From NCBI GenBank assembly GCA_045661345.1, contig JAZRFM010000016.1, positions 3,626 to 67,625 of the forward strand: a DNA stretch of 64,000 bases. Reading direction: 5' to 3'. The DNA comes from Lachnospiraceae bacterium. GTDB taxonomy: Bacteria; Bacillota; Clostridia; Lachnospirales; Lachnospiraceae. Within the stretch, counting starts at the first letter, position 1, and each line of letters starts with the position of its first letter. Below are positions 33,153-44,527 of this stretch, piece after piece. The notes beneath the pieces were generated by a model. It was not told where the DNA came from, ran no database searches, and worked only from the letters and a program-made list of their open reading frames with translations. The position numbers were made by a program, and so were the translations under genes.

Positions 33153-35000
33153 ATGAAAAGGACGGTAATTCTTGTCATCACGGTGATTGCGCTCACCTGT
33201 CTGATATTGCTGGGTCTTTCTCTGGGAACCAAAGCCCGGGAAAAAACTCCTGAACAGAAGGAGATCCAGATCATTTCCACCAGTGATGTTCACGGGAAGC
33301 TTTTTCCCTACAATTACGGGTTGAACGCCCCGGACGCATCGGGCAGTCTGTCACAGCTCTCCACTGCCTTCGGGGAACTGCGCAATGACAATACCGTGCT
33401 GGTGGATCTCGGTGACACGATTCAGGGCAATTCCGCCCAGTTGTTTATCCACGACCCGATTCATCCCATGGTGCATGCACAGAACCTGATGGGATATGAT
33501 GTATGGGTTCCGGGCAATCACGAGTTCAATTACGGTATGGATGTGCTGCGGGATATTATCGAACAGCATGATTGCAACGTGCTCTGCAGCAATGTTTACA
33601 ATGCCGACGGCAGCCCCATCGCAGACCCCGTAGTCATCCTGGAACGCGACGGCGTGAAGATCGGAATCATCGGGGTGGTCACGCCGAACATCGCACGATG
33701 GGACGCAAAGAACCTTGAGGCAGCCGGAGCCAGGGTTACGGATCCTGTGGAGGAGATCCGGGCCATTGTAAAGGAGATCAGGGATGATGTGGATATTTTG
33801 ATCGCTGCCTGCCATATGGATTGCAGGAATGAGTTCGGTCAGGAGAATTCCGGCGTGTATGATCTGGCGGACAAGGTGCCGGAGCTGGATATCATTCTGG
33901 CATCACATGGTCATAAGAGGATTGAAGAGGACTATCGCAACAACGTGCTGATCACCGAAAACAGAGATGAAGCCAAAACGCTGAGTCTGATTACCGTCAC
34001 GCTGGAGCAGGGTGATGATGGCAGGTATCATGTGGCCGGGCGCCACGGCAAAATCTACGATATGCAGGACTATGAGGAGGATCCGAAGATCAGCGGGGAC
34101 AAACTTCTGATGGAGGCCGATGCGCGGGCGAAGGAAGACGCCATTATCGTGATAGCCCGGTTGACCAACGAGTACCTCTCGCCTCCTGATGAGATACCCG
34201 GCATCCCGGAGGCGAAAATAAGGGACACTGCACTGATCCGTCTGATCAACGACGTACAGAGATATTATGCGGGAACAGAAATCGCTGCTGTGGCGCTGCA
34301 TGATGATCAGGCCAATTTGTATCAAGGCGACATCGAAAAGCGCGATTTGGCACTGGTATATAAGTTCAGCAATGAGCTTTGCAAGGTGCGCATGACCGGC
34401 GCACAGCTGGTGAAGTGGATGGAATGGTCGTACAACTACATCAATACCTTCCACGAGGGCGACCTGAACATCTCTTTCAACCCCGACATCGAAGCATTCA
34501 ACTACGATATGTTCAACGGTGTGAATTACGAGGTGGACATTTCCCGGCCTGCCGGCAGCCGCATCAGCAATGTGACGCTTTCTGATGGTACGCCCCTGGA
34601 TATGGATGGGAAGTACGAGGTGGCCGTGAACGATTACCGTGCCACCAGCCAGCTGCTCGTACCCGGCGTGATATTTACTGAGGAGGAGGGTCTGCCTGAA
34701 CTGGTGGAGTCCGGTATACGGGGAGATATTGGCGGCATACGCGAGCTGATTGCCGATTACATAGTGAATGTACGCGGCGTCAGGAGCGATGACGGCACGA
34801 TCTCCTTTACCGCCGAGGACGTGAATGAACAGAACGCCAATTGGAAGCTTACCGGGTACTCCTGGGATGAAAAAAAGCATGAACGGGTGGCGGAACTCAT
34901 CAAAGCAGGGAAGCTTTCTCTCATCCGGAGCGAGGATGGGGCAGCTAACAACATACGATCCATCACCGAAGCAGACCTTGCCGCTGCGGAAGCGAAGTAG
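33153..35000 (+). CDS. Membrane-anchored or secreted bifunctional metallophosphatase/5'-nucleotidase
   Basis: Signal/anchor MKRTVILVITVIALTCLILLG. Metallophosphoesterase motifs SDVHG, DLGDTIQGN, VPGNHEF. C-terminal 5'-nucleotidase domain. Confidence 0.85.
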   Translation: MKRTVILVITVIALTCLILLGLSLGTKAREKTPEQKEIQIISTSDVHGKLFPYNYGLNAPDASGSLSQLSTAFGELRNDNTVLVDLGDTIQGNSAQLFIHDPIHPMVHAQNLMGYDVWVPGNHEFNYGMDVLRDIIEQHDCNVLCSNVYNADGSPIADPVVILERDGVKIGIIGVVTPNIARWDAKNLEAAGARVTDPVEEIRAIVKEIRDDVDILIAACHMDCRNEFGQENSGVYDLADKVPELDIILASHGHKRIEEDYRNNVLITENRDEAKTLSLITVTLEQGDDGRYHVAGRHGKIYDMQDYEEDPKISGDKLLMEADARAKEDAIIVIARLTNEYLSPPDEIPGIPEAKIRDTALIRLINDVQRYYAGTEIAAVALHDDQANLYQGDIEKRDLALVYKFSNELCKVRMTGAQLVKWMEWSYNYINTFHEGDLNISFNPDIEAFNYDMFNGVNYEVDISRPAGSRISNVTLSDGTPLDMDGKYEVAVNDYRATSQLLVPGVIFTEEEGLPELVESGIRGDIGGIRELIADYIVNVRGVRSDDGTISFTAEDVNEQNANWKLTGYSWDEKKHERVAELIKAGKLSLIRSEDGAANNIRSITEADLAAAEAK

Positions 35001-35177
35001 CGGAGGGTGCTGAGGAAAGACTGCTTTATCAGAATAAAACTGCCACCATGGGAAGTGGTTCGTATACAATGGTAAAACTGTTGAAAATTGCTGCGGGGGG
35101 CATGTGTTTTTTGCTTTCCGGAGCGTCTTATGAGCAGAAGAGGGGACATGTGAGGAATCATGGAAGGAGGCAAAGAG

Positions 35178-36518
35178 ATGATTTTAATCGGTAACGGCAT
35201 GCTGATCACAAGAGATGCGGAGTCGCCCTGGTTTCAGGATGGGGCAGTCGTGATAGAAGGGGATACCATCAAGGAGGCAGGAGAATACGGCACTTTAAGA
35301 AAAAAATATCCGGAGGCGGAATTTGTGGATGCCCATGGCGGCGTTATCATGCCGGGATTCATCAATGCCCATACCCACATTTATTCGGGACTGGCCAGAG
35401 GTCTTTCCATCGACGGGAACAATCCCCACAATTTCCTGGAGGTGCTGGAGGGGATGTGGTGGGCCATCGACCGGAAGCTCACCCTGGACGGCACGCGAGC
35501 ATCCGCCTATGCGACGATACTGGACTGCATCCGTGACGGCGTCACGACAATCTTTGACCATCATGCCAGCTTCGGGGAGATCCCGGGTTCCCTCTTTGCC
35601 ATCAAAGACGTCTGCAAAGAGACAGGGATGCGCGCCTGCCTCTGCTATGAGGTTTCGGAACGTGACGGAGAGGAAAAGACAGACCAGGGAATCAGGGAAA
35701 ATGCCGACTTTGCCGCCTGGGCAAAGGAGGAAAATGACAGCATGATCAAGGCCATGTTCGGCGGTCACGCCCTGTTTACGATTTCTGACCGTACCTTTGA
35801 AAAAATGGTGGAGGCGAACAACGGGATGACCGGCTTTCATATCCATGTGGCAGAGGGTATGAACGATGTGTATGACAGCCTCAGGAATTACGGCTGCCGG
35901 CCTGTAAACAGATTGCTTTACAATGGTATCCTCGGAGAGAAGACCCTCCTCGGCCACTGCATCCATATCAGCCCTGCGGAAATGGATATCATCAAAGAGA
36001 CCGGGACTATGGTGGTGAATAATCCGGAGTCCAACATGGGGAATGCGGTGGGATGCGCGCCCGTACTGCAGATGATGGAGAAGGGCATCACTGTCGGAAT
36101 GGGAACGGATGCCTATACCCACGACATGCTGGAGAGTCTGAAGACCTTTTTGATCATTCAAAGGCACAACGCGGCTTTGCCGAATGTGGCATGGGGAGAG
36201 GCTGTCACCATGCTCTTCCGGAACAACCGCGATATTGCCGGCAGGTATTTCGGACGTCCTCTGGGTGTAATCAGAGAGGGAGCGGCAGCGGATGTGATTG
36301 TCATGGACTATAAGCCCTTTACGCCCTTCTCGGATGAAAACATAGACGGGCATATGATTTTCGGCATGATGGGCAAAAATTGCCGCACCACCATCATCAA
36401 TGGCAGGATTCTCTACAGGGATCGTGCTTTTGTGGGGATCGATGAGGACAAAATCAATGACTTTATCATGGGGCAAAGCAGAAAGCTCTGGGGAGAGCTG
36501 AATCACAGAGAATATTAA
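35178..36518 (+). CDS. ssnA: SsnA-family putative aminohydrolase (amidohydrolase superfamily)
   Basis: GGAAGGAGG RBS. MPGFINAHTHIYSGLARG metal-binding motif. Its position next to ygfK matches the E. coli locus. Confidence 0.8.
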   Translation: MILIGNGMLITRDAESPWFQDGAVVIEGDTIKEAGEYGTLRKKYPEAEFVDAHGGVIMPGFINAHTHIYSGLARGLSIDGNNPHNFLEVLEGMWWAIDRKLTLDGTRASAYATILDCIRDGVTTIFDHHASFGEIPGSLFAIKDVCKETGMRACLCYEVSERDGEEKTDQGIRENADFAAWAKEENDSMIKAMFGGHALFTISDRTFEKMVEANNGMTGFHIHVAEGMNDVYDSLRNYGCRPVNRLLYNGILGEKTLLGHCIHISPAEMDIIKETGTMVVNNPESNMGNAVGCAPVLQMMEKGITVGMGTDAYTHDMLESLKTFLIIQRHNAALPNVAWGEAVTMLFRNNRDIAGRYFGRPLGVIREGAAADVIVMDYKPFTPFSDENIDGHMIFGMMGKNCRTTIINGRILYRDRAFVGIDEDKINDFIMGQSRKLWGELNHREY

Positions 36519-36580
36519 TGAAAGACTGATTTCATGAAAAACATGTTCTGGAGAGTGATGATAAGGAGGGAAAAAAGCTT

Positions 36581-39577
36581 ATGAGTGATATCATGAGACC
36601 GATGACGTTTCCGCAGCTGATGGAATGGATTCTGGCAGAGTACGAAAAAAGCGGCAGTATCTTTGGCGTGCGGCATTTTGTGAAGCAGGATGGAAAGGGT
36701 AAGGCACCGATTTTTGACGGGAAGCTGGAGTCTCCTTATGGTCCCGCGGCAGGTCCGAATACGCAGCTGGCGCAGAATATCATTGCATCCTATGTGTCCG
36801 GAGCCAGATTCTTTGAGCTGAAGACCGTGCAGGTCATGGACGGTGAGGAGCTCAGCAAATGCATCAGCAAGCCCTGCATTATCGCGGGGGATGAGTGCTA
36901 CAACTGTGAATGGTCCACGGAGCTTACGGTGCCGGAGGCTTTTTCCGAATATGTCCACGCATGGGTGGCCTGCAAGCTTCTCGCAAAGGAGTATGGATTC
37001 GGAGATCCGGACGCTTTTGTATTCAATATGTCCGTAGGCTATGACCTGCAGGGCATCCAATCGGAAAAGATCGACCGGTATATAGAGGACATGAAGGAGG
37101 CGAAGGATACGGAAGCCTTCCGGGAGTCCATAGACTGGGCGCTATCCCACCTGGACAGATTCCATCATGTGGATGAAGCCTTCGTGAAAAACATTTCCTC
37201 CCGGGTATCCTCGTCCATTACGGAGTCCACTCTCCACGGATGTCCTCCGGATGAGATTGAGCGGATTGCCTCCTACCTCATGAAGGAAAAGCATCTGCAT
37301 ACCTTTGTCAAATGCAACCCCACGCTGCTGGGATACGAATATGCCAGAAAAAGACTGGATGATCTGGGCTTTGACTATATCGCCTTTGATGATCATCACT
37401 TCAAAGAAGATCTGCAATGGGAGGATGCAGTGCCGATGTTTCGCCGGCTGATGGCTCTTGCGGCAGAAAACGGACTGGAATTCGGCGTAAAGCTGTCAAA
37501 TACTTTTCCGGTGGATGTGAAGGCCGGAGAGCTTCCCAGCGAAGAAATGTACATGGCGGGACGATCCCTTTTCCCCCTCACGGTTCACCTGGCCCGGCTG
37601 ATCGCGGATGAGTTTGACGGGAAGCTGCGTATATCCTATTCAGGAGGAGCTGTACTGCAGAATATCGGGGAGCTTTTTGCCGCCGGCATATGGCCCCTGA
37701 CCATGGCCACTAATGTACTGAAACCCGGAGGGTACGAACGGTTTACACAGATCGGAGAAAAGCTTCGCGGGATGGAATCGGGGCGGCTTGACGGGATCAA
37801 CCTGGAGGCCCTGCGTTCGATTGACGAAGGCGTGAAGACGGATCCGCTTTACAGAAAGAGCGTGAAGCCCCTTCCGGACAGACATATTGCAAAGAACCTG
37901 CCCCTGTTTTCGTGCTTTACCTCACCCTGCAGGGAGGGCTGCCCCATCGGACAGGATATCCCCGCCTATCTGCGCGCCATGGAGGAAGGAGACGAAGCAA
38001 AGGCATTCCGGATTATCATCGAAAGAAATGCGCTCCCCTTTATTACCGGTACCATCTGTCCCCATCATTGCGGAGACAAATGCATGCGGAATTACTACGA
38101 GGAGACGCTTCATATCAGGGATATGAAGCTGGCCGCCGCAAAGGGTGCTTATGAGGAGGTGCTTCCTTCCCTGAACAGCACGGACAAGAAGGATGGAAAG
38201 AGGGTGGCCGTCATAGGTGGCGGACCGGCAGGTCTGGCCGCAGCCTATTTTCTGACGAGAGCCGGGATACGTGTCACCATCTTCGAGAAGAAGGACACCC
38301 TGGGAGGAATTGTCAGGCACGCGATCCCTTCCTTCAGGATCAGCGACGATGCCATAGAAAAAGACAAGTCCCTGTGCCTCGCCTATGGCGCAGAGGTTCA
38401 GACCGGCACCGAGATTAAGAGCATTGACCGGCTGAAAGAACAGGGCTATACGGATGTCATTGTGGCCACAGGCGCATGGAAGAACGGAGAACTGCGGCTT
38501 TCCTATGGGGAGACCCTGGATGCCCTGGATTTTCTCGTGAAGGCAAAGACGGATCCGGACAGCCTGCGGATCGGCAAAAACATAGTCGTCCTTGGCGGTG
38601 GCAATACGGCCATGGATACGGCAAGAGCGGCCCTCAGAGTAAAGGGAGTGGAAAAGGTACGCCTGGTCTACAGAAGGACAAAGCGGTATATGCCTGCGGA
38701 TGAGGAAGAGCTGAGAGAGGCTGTGGGCGACGGCGTGGAGTTTCTGGAGCTTCTGGCACCTGTGGGTGTCAGGGACGGCGTGTTGACCTGCACCAGGATG
38801 GAGCTTGGAGAAGCGGATGAATCCGGGCGGCGTACGCCCAGGGATACGGGAGAAAAGGTGGAGATTCCTGCGGATACCGTGATTGCCGCTACAGGAGAAG
38901 CCATCGATAAGACCCTGTATGAAGAGGCAGGCATAGAAACGGATCGGAAGGGGCGTCCCACAGTCAATGCAGAGCTCATGACGACTGCGGAAAATGTTTA
39001 TGCCGTGGGAGACGGGAGAAGAGGTCCCGCTACGGTGGTGGAAGCAATGGCGGATGCGGCCACGGCAGCGGCAGCCATCGCCGGTATCGGGTTTGAAGGC
39101 TGCGTCGGAGAGAACACGGCGCCGGATGAGAAGCCGTATCTCGACAGGAAAGGGGTCATCTGTTCCGATACCCGGACCACACCGGATCAGAGATGCCTCG
39201 GCTGTCCGACGATCTGCGGGGTATGTGCGGACGTTTGCCCGAACCGCGCAAATGTTTTGATCAGAATCCCCGGGGAAAGGCAGGCACAAATCCTGCATAT
39301 GGACGGCATGTGCAACGAATGCGGCAACTGTGCCGTGTTCTGTCCCTATGACGGAGCGCCCTACAGGGATAAATTTACGCTTTTCTGGAAAGAAGAGGAT
39401 TTTGCCAACAGCAGCAATGCGGGCTTCGTTGTCCTCGGCAGGGATTCCTTCCTGATCCGTCTGGATCAAAAGGAGGAGAGGACGGATCTCGCGGGAGTGG
39501 AAAAGATATCCCGGGATGCGGCAGCGCTGATCCGCGCGGTGACAGAGGCGTATCCGTATCTGACCGGAGCTTTATAG
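36581..39577 (+). CDS. ygfK: YgfK-family Fe-S/FAD/NAD(P) oxidoreductase (annotated 'putative selenate reductase subunit YgfK')
   Basis: 998 aa. TIM-barrel (DPD-like) N-terminus, Cys clusters, GGGPAGLAAAYFL and VLGGGNTAMDTAR dinucleotide folds, and a C-terminal 2x[4Fe-4S] region (CGVCADVCP ... CNECGNCAVFCP). Confidence 0.85.
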   Translation: MSDIMRPMTFPQLMEWILAEYEKSGSIFGVRHFVKQDGKGKAPIFDGKLESPYGPAAGPNTQLAQNIIASYVSGARFFELKTVQVMDGEELSKCISKPCIIAGDECYNCEWSTELTVPEAFSEYVHAWVACKLLAKEYGFGDPDAFVFNMSVGYDLQGIQSEKIDRYIEDMKEAKDTEAFRESIDWALSHLDRFHHVDEAFVKNISSRVSSSITESTLHGCPPDEIERIASYLMKEKHLHTFVKCNPTLLGYEYARKRLDDLGFDYIAFDDHHFKEDLQWEDAVPMFRRLMALAAENGLEFGVKLSNTFPVDVKAGELPSEEMYMAGRSLFPLTVHLARLIADEFDGKLRISYSGGAVLQNIGELFAAGIWPLTMATNVLKPGGYERFTQIGEKLRGMESGRLDGINLEALRSIDEGVKTDPLYRKSVKPLPDRHIAKNLPLFSCFTSPCREGCPIGQDIPAYLRAMEEGDEAKAFRIIIERNALPFITGTICPHHCGDKCMRNYYEETLHIRDMKLAAAKGAYEEVLPSLNSTDKKDGKRVAVIGGGPAGLAAAYFLTRAGIRVTIFEKKDTLGGIVRHAIPSFRISDDAIEKDKSLCLAYGAEVQTGTEIKSIDRLKEQGYTDVIVATGAWKNGELRLSYGETLDALDFLVKAKTDPDSLRIGKNIVVLGGGNTAMDTARAALRVKGVEKVRLVYRRTKRYMPADEEELREAVGDGVEFLELLAPVGVRDGVLTCTRMELGEADESGRRTPRDTGEKVEIPADTVIAATGEAIDKTLYEEAGIETDRKGRPTVNAELMTTAENVYAVGDGRRGPATVVEAMADAATAAAAIAGIGFEGCVGENTAPDEKPYLDRKGVICSDTRTTPDQRCLGCPTICGVCADVCPNRANVLIRIPGERQAQILHMDGMCNECGNCAVFCPYDGAPYRDKFTLFWKEEDFANSSNAGFVVLGRDSFLIRLDQKEERTDLAGVEKISRDAAALIRAVTEAYPYLTGAL

Positions 39578-39590
39578 AAAGGGGCTGAAC

Positions 39591-40796
39591 ATGGAAAAAA
39601 TCAAATGGATTTTGAATCAGATGCCAAAGAGCAGCGACCGGTGGCTTTCCGTCATGTCCCGGGAAAATGTGGAAAAGGCTTTTACCTTTCACAAAGGGTT
39701 TCCCCAGTATGACATCACACCCCTTGCGGATCTGAAGGAGATGGCAGCTTTCCTGGGAGTTTCCTCCCTTTTTGTCAAGGATGAGAGCTACCGCTTCGGT
39801 CTGAATGCCTTCAAGGTTCTGGGCGGGTCCTTCGCCATGGCAAAGTATATCGCAAAGGAGACCGGGAGAGATGTTTCCGACATGACCTATGAATATCTCA
39901 CCGGAGACGAGCTTCGCAGGGAGTTTGGACAGGCGACCTTTTTTACCGCCACAGACGGCAATCACGGACGCGGTGTGGCATGGGCCGCCAACCGGCTGAA
40001 GCAGAAGGCGGTGGTGCATATGCCCAAGGGAAGCACAAAATCCCGCTTTGACAATATCGCAAAGGAGGGAGCAGCCGTCACCATAGAGGACATGAACTAT
40101 GATGACTGCGTGCGTCTTGCGGCAAAGGAAGCCGCGGAGACGGAGCACGGTGTTGTGGTGCAGGATACAGCATGGGACGGCTATGAGGAAATTCCCTCCT
40201 GGATCATGCAGGGCTACGGAAGCATGGCTCTTGAAGCAGCCGAAGGGCTGAAAAAAGCGGGTGTGGATCGACCCACCCATATCTTTGTACAGGCCGGTGT
40301 CGGGAGTCTGGCAGGGGCAGTCGTGGGGTTTTTCACCAATCTTTATCCAGACAATCCCCCCAAATTCATCATCATGGAAGCAGATGCGGCAGCCTGCCTC
40401 TACAAGGGTGCTGTCGCGGGAGACGGGGAGCCCCGCACGGTGACAGGAGACCTGGCCACCATCATGGCGGGTCTGGCCTGCGGAGAGCCCAACATCATCG
40501 GATGGGATATCCTGCGGAACCATGCCACCGCGTTTCTTTCCTGTCCCGACTGGGTTGCGGCGAGGGGCATGCGGGAGCTGTCCGCCCCCTGCAGGAATGA
40601 CCCCAGAGTCATCAGCGGGGAGTCCGGAGCTGTGGGGATGGGGGTAGTGAGCACCCTCATGCAGGATCCGGACTATCAGGAGTGCAGGGAAAGTCTGGGT
40701 CTTACCGGGGAGTCAAAGATACTCCTGTTTTCCACCGAGGGAGACACGGATCCGGAACGTTACCGGAAAATTGTATGGGAAGGAAAGGATGAATAG
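39591..40796 (+). CDS. ygeX: Diaminopropionate ammonia-lyase (PLP-dependent)
   Basis: FVKDESYRFGLNAFKVLGGSFA contains the PLP lysine context. 401 aa. Synteny supports the call. Confidence 0.85.
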   Translation: MEKIKWILNQMPKSSDRWLSVMSRENVEKAFTFHKGFPQYDITPLADLKEMAAFLGVSSLFVKDESYRFGLNAFKVLGGSFAMAKYIAKETGRDVSDMTYEYLTGDELRREFGQATFFTATDGNHGRGVAWAANRLKQKAVVHMPKGSTKSRFDNIAKEGAAVTIEDMNYDDCVRLAAKEAAETEHGVVVQDTAWDGYEEIPSWIMQGYGSMALEAAEGLKKAGVDRPTHIFVQAGVGSLAGAVVGFFTNLYPDNPPKFIIMEADAAACLYKGAVAGDGEPRTVTGDLATIMAGLACGEPNIIGWDILRNHATAFLSCPDWVAARGMRELSAPCRNDPRVISGESGAVGMGVVSTLMQDPDYQECRESLGLTGESKILLFSTEGDTDPERYRKIVWEGKDE

Positions 40797-40847
40797 GGAT
40801 CGTAAATGTTGTAGCTGGCAGGAAAAGGGTTTTGAAAGGAGAGGAAG

Positions 40848-42224
40848 ATGACATTGGATTTTGAAAAAATCAAAGAAGCGGCAGAGGGCTACAGAAAGGA
40901 TATGACGGCCTTTCTCCGGGCCATGATTTCCCATCCCAGCGAGAGCTGTGAGGAGAAGGAAGTGGCGATGTGCATCAAGGCGGAGATGGAAAAGCTCGGT
41001 TTTGATAAGGCGGAGATCGACGGTCTCGGCAATGTGATCGGATGGATCGGGGATGGGGACAAGATCATCGCCATCGACGGACACATTGACACGGTTGGCA
41101 TCGGAAACCGTGATAACTGGGACAAGGATCCCTACGAGGGATATGAGACGGAGGAGATCATCTACGGACGGGGCGGCTCCGACCAGGAGGGGGGCGTCTG
41201 CAGTGCCGTATACAGTGCCAAAATCATGAAGGATCTGAACCTGATCCCCAAGGGCTACAGGATCATGATCGTCGGGTCGGTCCAGGAGGAGGACTGCGAC
41301 GGCATGTGCTGGCAGTATATTTACAACAAGGAAAATATCAGACCGGAGTTTGTGATTTCCACGGAGCCCACCGACGGCGGTATCTATCGCGGACACAGAG
41401 GACGCATGGAGATCCGTGTGGATGTAAAGGGGGTTTCCTGCCATGGATCGGCACCGGAGCGGGGGGATAACGCGATCTATAAAATGGCGGACATCATTGC
41501 CGATATCCGTGCCCTGAACAACAACGGATGCGATGACAGTACACAGATCAAGGGGCTTGTCAAGATGCTGGATCCGAAATACAACCCGGAGCATTATGAG
41601 GATGCCAGGTTTTTGGGAAGAGGGACCTGTACCGTATCCCAGATTTTTTACACGTCTCCAAGCCGCTGCGCCGTTGCGGACAGCTGTGCGGTATCCGTTG
41701 ACCGCCGTATGACCGCAGGGGAGACCTGGGAATCCTGTCTTGATGAGATCCGGACCCTTCCCAGCGTGAAGAAGTATGGGGAGGATGTCACGGTTTCCAT
41801 GTATATGTATGACCGCCCGTCCTGGACCGGGGAGGTATATGAGACAGAGTGCTATTTCCCCACATGGATCAATAAGGAGAATGCCGCGCATGTGCAGGCA
41901 CTGGTGGATGCCCACAAGGGTCTCTACGGAGATCACAGGATGGGTCCCGATTCCACGAAGGAGCTTCGGAACCGTCCCCTGATTGACAAGTGGACATTTT
42001 CCACCAACTGTGTCTCGATTCAGGGGCGCTACGGGATTCCGTGTGTAGGCTTTGGCCCGGGAGCGGAGAGTCAGGCCCATGCACCGAATGAGATCACCTA
42101 CAAGGACGATCTGGTGCGATGTGCAGCTGTCTATGTGGCAGCAGTCAATCTCTATAACGAGGAGAATAAAACAGATGACGTAACCCAGTTCCGCGGGGGA
42201 AAAACGGACAACGATATCAAATAA
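40848..42224 (+). CDS. ygeY: YgeY-family M20 metallohydrolase (selenium-metabolism-linked hydrolase family)
   Basis: [16 protein letters not shown] and [15 protein letters not shown] are M20/ArgE/DapE-type motifs. Synteny supports the call. Confidence 0.85.
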   Translation: MTLDFEKIKEAAEGYRKDMTAFLRAMISHPSESCEEKEVAMCIKAEMEKLGFDKAEIDGLGNVIGWIGDGDKIIAIDGHIDTVGIGNRDNWDKDPYEGYETEEIIYGRGGSDQEGGVCSAVYSAKIMKDLNLIPKGYRIMIVGSVQEEDCDGMCWQYIYNKENIRPEFVISTEPTDGGIYRGHRGRMEIRVDVKGVSCHGSAPERGDNAIYKMADIIADIRALNNNGCDDSTQIKGLVKMLDPKYNPEHYEDARFLGRGTCTVSQIFYTSPSRCAVADSCAVSVDRRMTAGETWESCLDEIRTLPSVKKYGEDVTVSMYMYDRPSWTGEVYETECYFPTWINKENAAHVQALVDAHKGLYGDHRMGPDSTKELRNRPLIDKWTFSTNCVSIQGRYGIPCVGFGPGAESQAHAPNEITYKDDLVRCAAVYVAAVNLYNEENKTDDVTQFRGGKTDNDIK

Positions 42225-42260
42225 GAGAGCAGGCACAAAGACAGAAAAAGGAGGTAAAAA

Positions 42261-43454
42261 ATGAGTGATTTGAAGGAATTCATGGACAAGCTGGCAACGC
42301 TGGATTTCAGGAACATGTATGAGGGGGATTTCTTTCTGACGTGGGAGCATACCGATGATGAGCTTGCCGCGGTATTTACGGTGGCGGATGCACTTCGTCA
42401 TCTGAGGGAAAACAATATTTCCACAAAGATTTTTGATTCCGGTCTCGGGATCTCTCTTTTCCGGGACAATTCCACGAGAACCAGGTTTTCTTTTGCATCG
42501 GCCTGCAACCTCCTGGGTCTGGAGGTACAGGATCTGGACGAAGGAAAGAGTCAGATCGCTCATGGAGAAACCGTCAGAGAGACAGCAAACATGATTTCTT
42601 TTATGGCGGACGTGATTGGCATCCGGGATGATATGTATATCGGTAAAGGCAACAGGTATATGCATGATGTGGTGGATGCCGTGACAGAAGGCTATCGGGA
42701 AGGTGTGCTGGCGCAAAAGCCCACCCTTGTCAATCTGCAGTGCGATATCGACCATCCTACCCAGTGTATGGCGGATATGCTTCATATCATCCATACCTTC
42801 GGCGGTGTGGAGAATCTCAAGGGCAAGAAGGTAGCCATGACCTGGGCTTATTCCCCCAGCTACGGAAAGCCGCTGTCCGTTCCGCAGGGCGTCATCGGTC
42901 TCATGACCCGCTTTGGCATGGATGTGACGCTGGCACATCCGGAGGGGTATGACGTGATGAGTGATGTAGAGGAGGTGGCAAAGAAGAATGCGGCAGCCAC
43001 GGGCGGGAGCTTTGTCAAGACAAACTCCATGGCGGAAGCCTTCCGGGATGCGGATGTGGTATATCCCAAGAGCTGGGCACCCTTCGCGGCCATGGAAAAG
43101 AGAACTGACCTTTATGGAAAAGGAGATCAGGCAGGGATTGATGCACTGGAAAAAGAACTGCTTGCCCAGAATGCGACCCATAAGGACTGGTGCTGTACGG
43201 AAGAGCTTATGAAGACCACGAGAGGAGGAAAAGCGCTGTATCTGCACTGCCTGCCCGCAGACATCAACGGGGTATCCTGTGTGGACGGCGAAGTGGAAGC
43301 CTCCGTATTCGACCGCTACAGAACAGCGCTGTATAAGGAGGCGAGCTTCAAGCCTTATATCATTGCGGCGATGATCTTCCTTGCGAAGGTAAAGGATCCG
43401 GCTGCCACATTGAAGACGCTGGCAGAGCGGAAGAATCCAAGGCAGTTTCAATAA
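42261..43454 (+). CDS. ygeW: YgeW-type knotted carbamoyltransferase
   Basis: STRTRFSF carbamoyl-phosphate motif and HPTQCMAD, HCLPA motifs. 397 aa. Confidence 0.88.
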   Translation: MSDLKEFMDKLATLDFRNMYEGDFFLTWEHTDDELAAVFTVADALRHLRENNISTKIFDSGLGISLFRDNSTRTRFSFASACNLLGLEVQDLDEGKSQIAHGETVRETANMISFMADVIGIRDDMYIGKGNRYMHDVVDAVTEGYREGVLAQKPTLVNLQCDIDHPTQCMADMLHIIHTFGGVENLKGKKVAMTWAYSPSYGKPLSVPQGVIGLMTRFGMDVTLAHPEGYDVMSDVEEVAKKNAAATGGSFVKTNSMAEAFRDADVVYPKSWAPFAAMEKRTDLYGKGDQAGIDALEKELLAQNATHKDWCCTEELMKTTRGGKALYLHCLPADINGVSCVDGEVEASVFDRYRTALYKEASFKPYIIAAMIFLAKVKDPAATLKTLAERKNPRQFQ

Positions 43455-43539
43455 AAGCCTCAGAATCACAATGCCGCAGACGGCATGTGATTTCCGGGGA
43501 AAGCTTCTTACAGATATCAGCAAAATGGAGGAATCTGTC

Positions 43540-44481
43540 ATGGGAAAGAAAATCGTGATCGCGCTTGGAGGGAATGCGCTGGGAAACAATCTGCCGGAAC
43601 AGATGGCTGCGGTAAAGAAAACCGCTGTCGCTATTGCGGATCTGATCGAGGACGGACATGAGGTCGTGATTGTCCATGGAAACGGGCCCCAGGTGGGTAT
43701 GATACAAAATGGCATGACCCTCCTTACCAGATCGGAACCTGAAAAGTATATTCCCTGCCCGCTTTCCGTCTGCGTAGCCATGAGCCAGGGATATATCGGC
43801 TATGACCTTCAGAATGCCCTGAAGGAGGAGCTTCTGGACAGAGGAATCAAAAAGGATTGCGCCACGGTGCTGACACAGGTGGAGGTGGATCATCAGGATC
43901 CGGCCTTTGATCATCCGACGAAGCCCATCGGGGCCTTCATGACAAAGGAAGAGGCCGACGCACTGGTACGGGATCGTGATTATCAGGTGGTTGAGGATGC
44001 CGGCAGGGGCTATCGCAGGGTAGTGGCCTCCCCGAAACCGAAGGCGATCGTGGAGCTGGATACCATCCGATCTCTGATGGAGTCCGATCATATCGTGGTG
44101 GCCTGCGGAGGGGGTGGCATTCCGGTATATCACACCTCGGAACATCATTTAAAGGGTGCGGCGGCAGTGATCGACAAGGATTTTGCGGCGGAGTGTCTGG
44201 CAGAGTCTCTGGATGCGGATCTCCTCATTATCCTGACGGCAGTGGAGAAGGTGGCCATCCATTACGGAAAACCGGATGAAAAGTGGCTTTCCACACTGAC
44301 AGCAGAGGAAGCAAGACAATATATAGACGACGGAGAGTTTGCGCCGGGCTCCATGCTTCCAAAGGTGGAGGCATCCGTCCGCTTCGCGGAATCCAAAAAG
44401 GGGCGGCGTGCGCTGATCACGCTGCTGGAGAAAGCAAGAGACGGCATCGCCGGGAAGACGGGGACTGTCATAACGGCATGA
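43540..44481 (+). CDS. arcC: Carbamate kinase
   Basis: [15 protein letters not shown] start after a [17 protein letters not shown] and VACGGGGIP motifs. Confidence 0.9.
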   Translation: MGKKIVIALGGNALGNNLPEQMAAVKKTAVAIADLIEDGHEVVIVHGNGPQVGMIQNGMTLLTRSEPEKYIPCPLSVCVAMSQGYIGYDLQNALKEELLDRGIKKDCATVLTQVEVDHQDPAFDHPTKPIGAFMTKEEADALVRDRDYQVVEDAGRGYRRVVASPKPKAIVELDTIRSLMESDHIVVACGGGGIPVYHTSEHHLKGAAAVIDKDFAAECLAESLDADLLIILTAVEKVAIHYGKPDEKWLSTLTAEEARQYIDDGEFAPGSMLPKVEASVRFAESKKGRRALITLLEKARDGIAGKTGTVITA

Positions 44482-44527
44482 GACTCTGAAACCCAATGAC
44501 ATCAGTTATGATGAAAAGGAGGACAAT

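Noticed and set aside
40713-43781. A 1022-aa ORF on the minus strand spanning ygeY and ygeW, plus other very long antisense ORFs: 55093-57198, 28323-29882, 37922-39469, 51741-53228, 11394-12377, 13741-14925 and 35295-36506.
   Set aside because: Each lies exactly antisense to a plus-strand gene with clear family motifs and an RBS. Their translations are low-complexity, R/H/G/P-rich, and lack motifs and RBSs. Long stop-free antisense frames are expected in GC-rich, codon-biased coding DNA.
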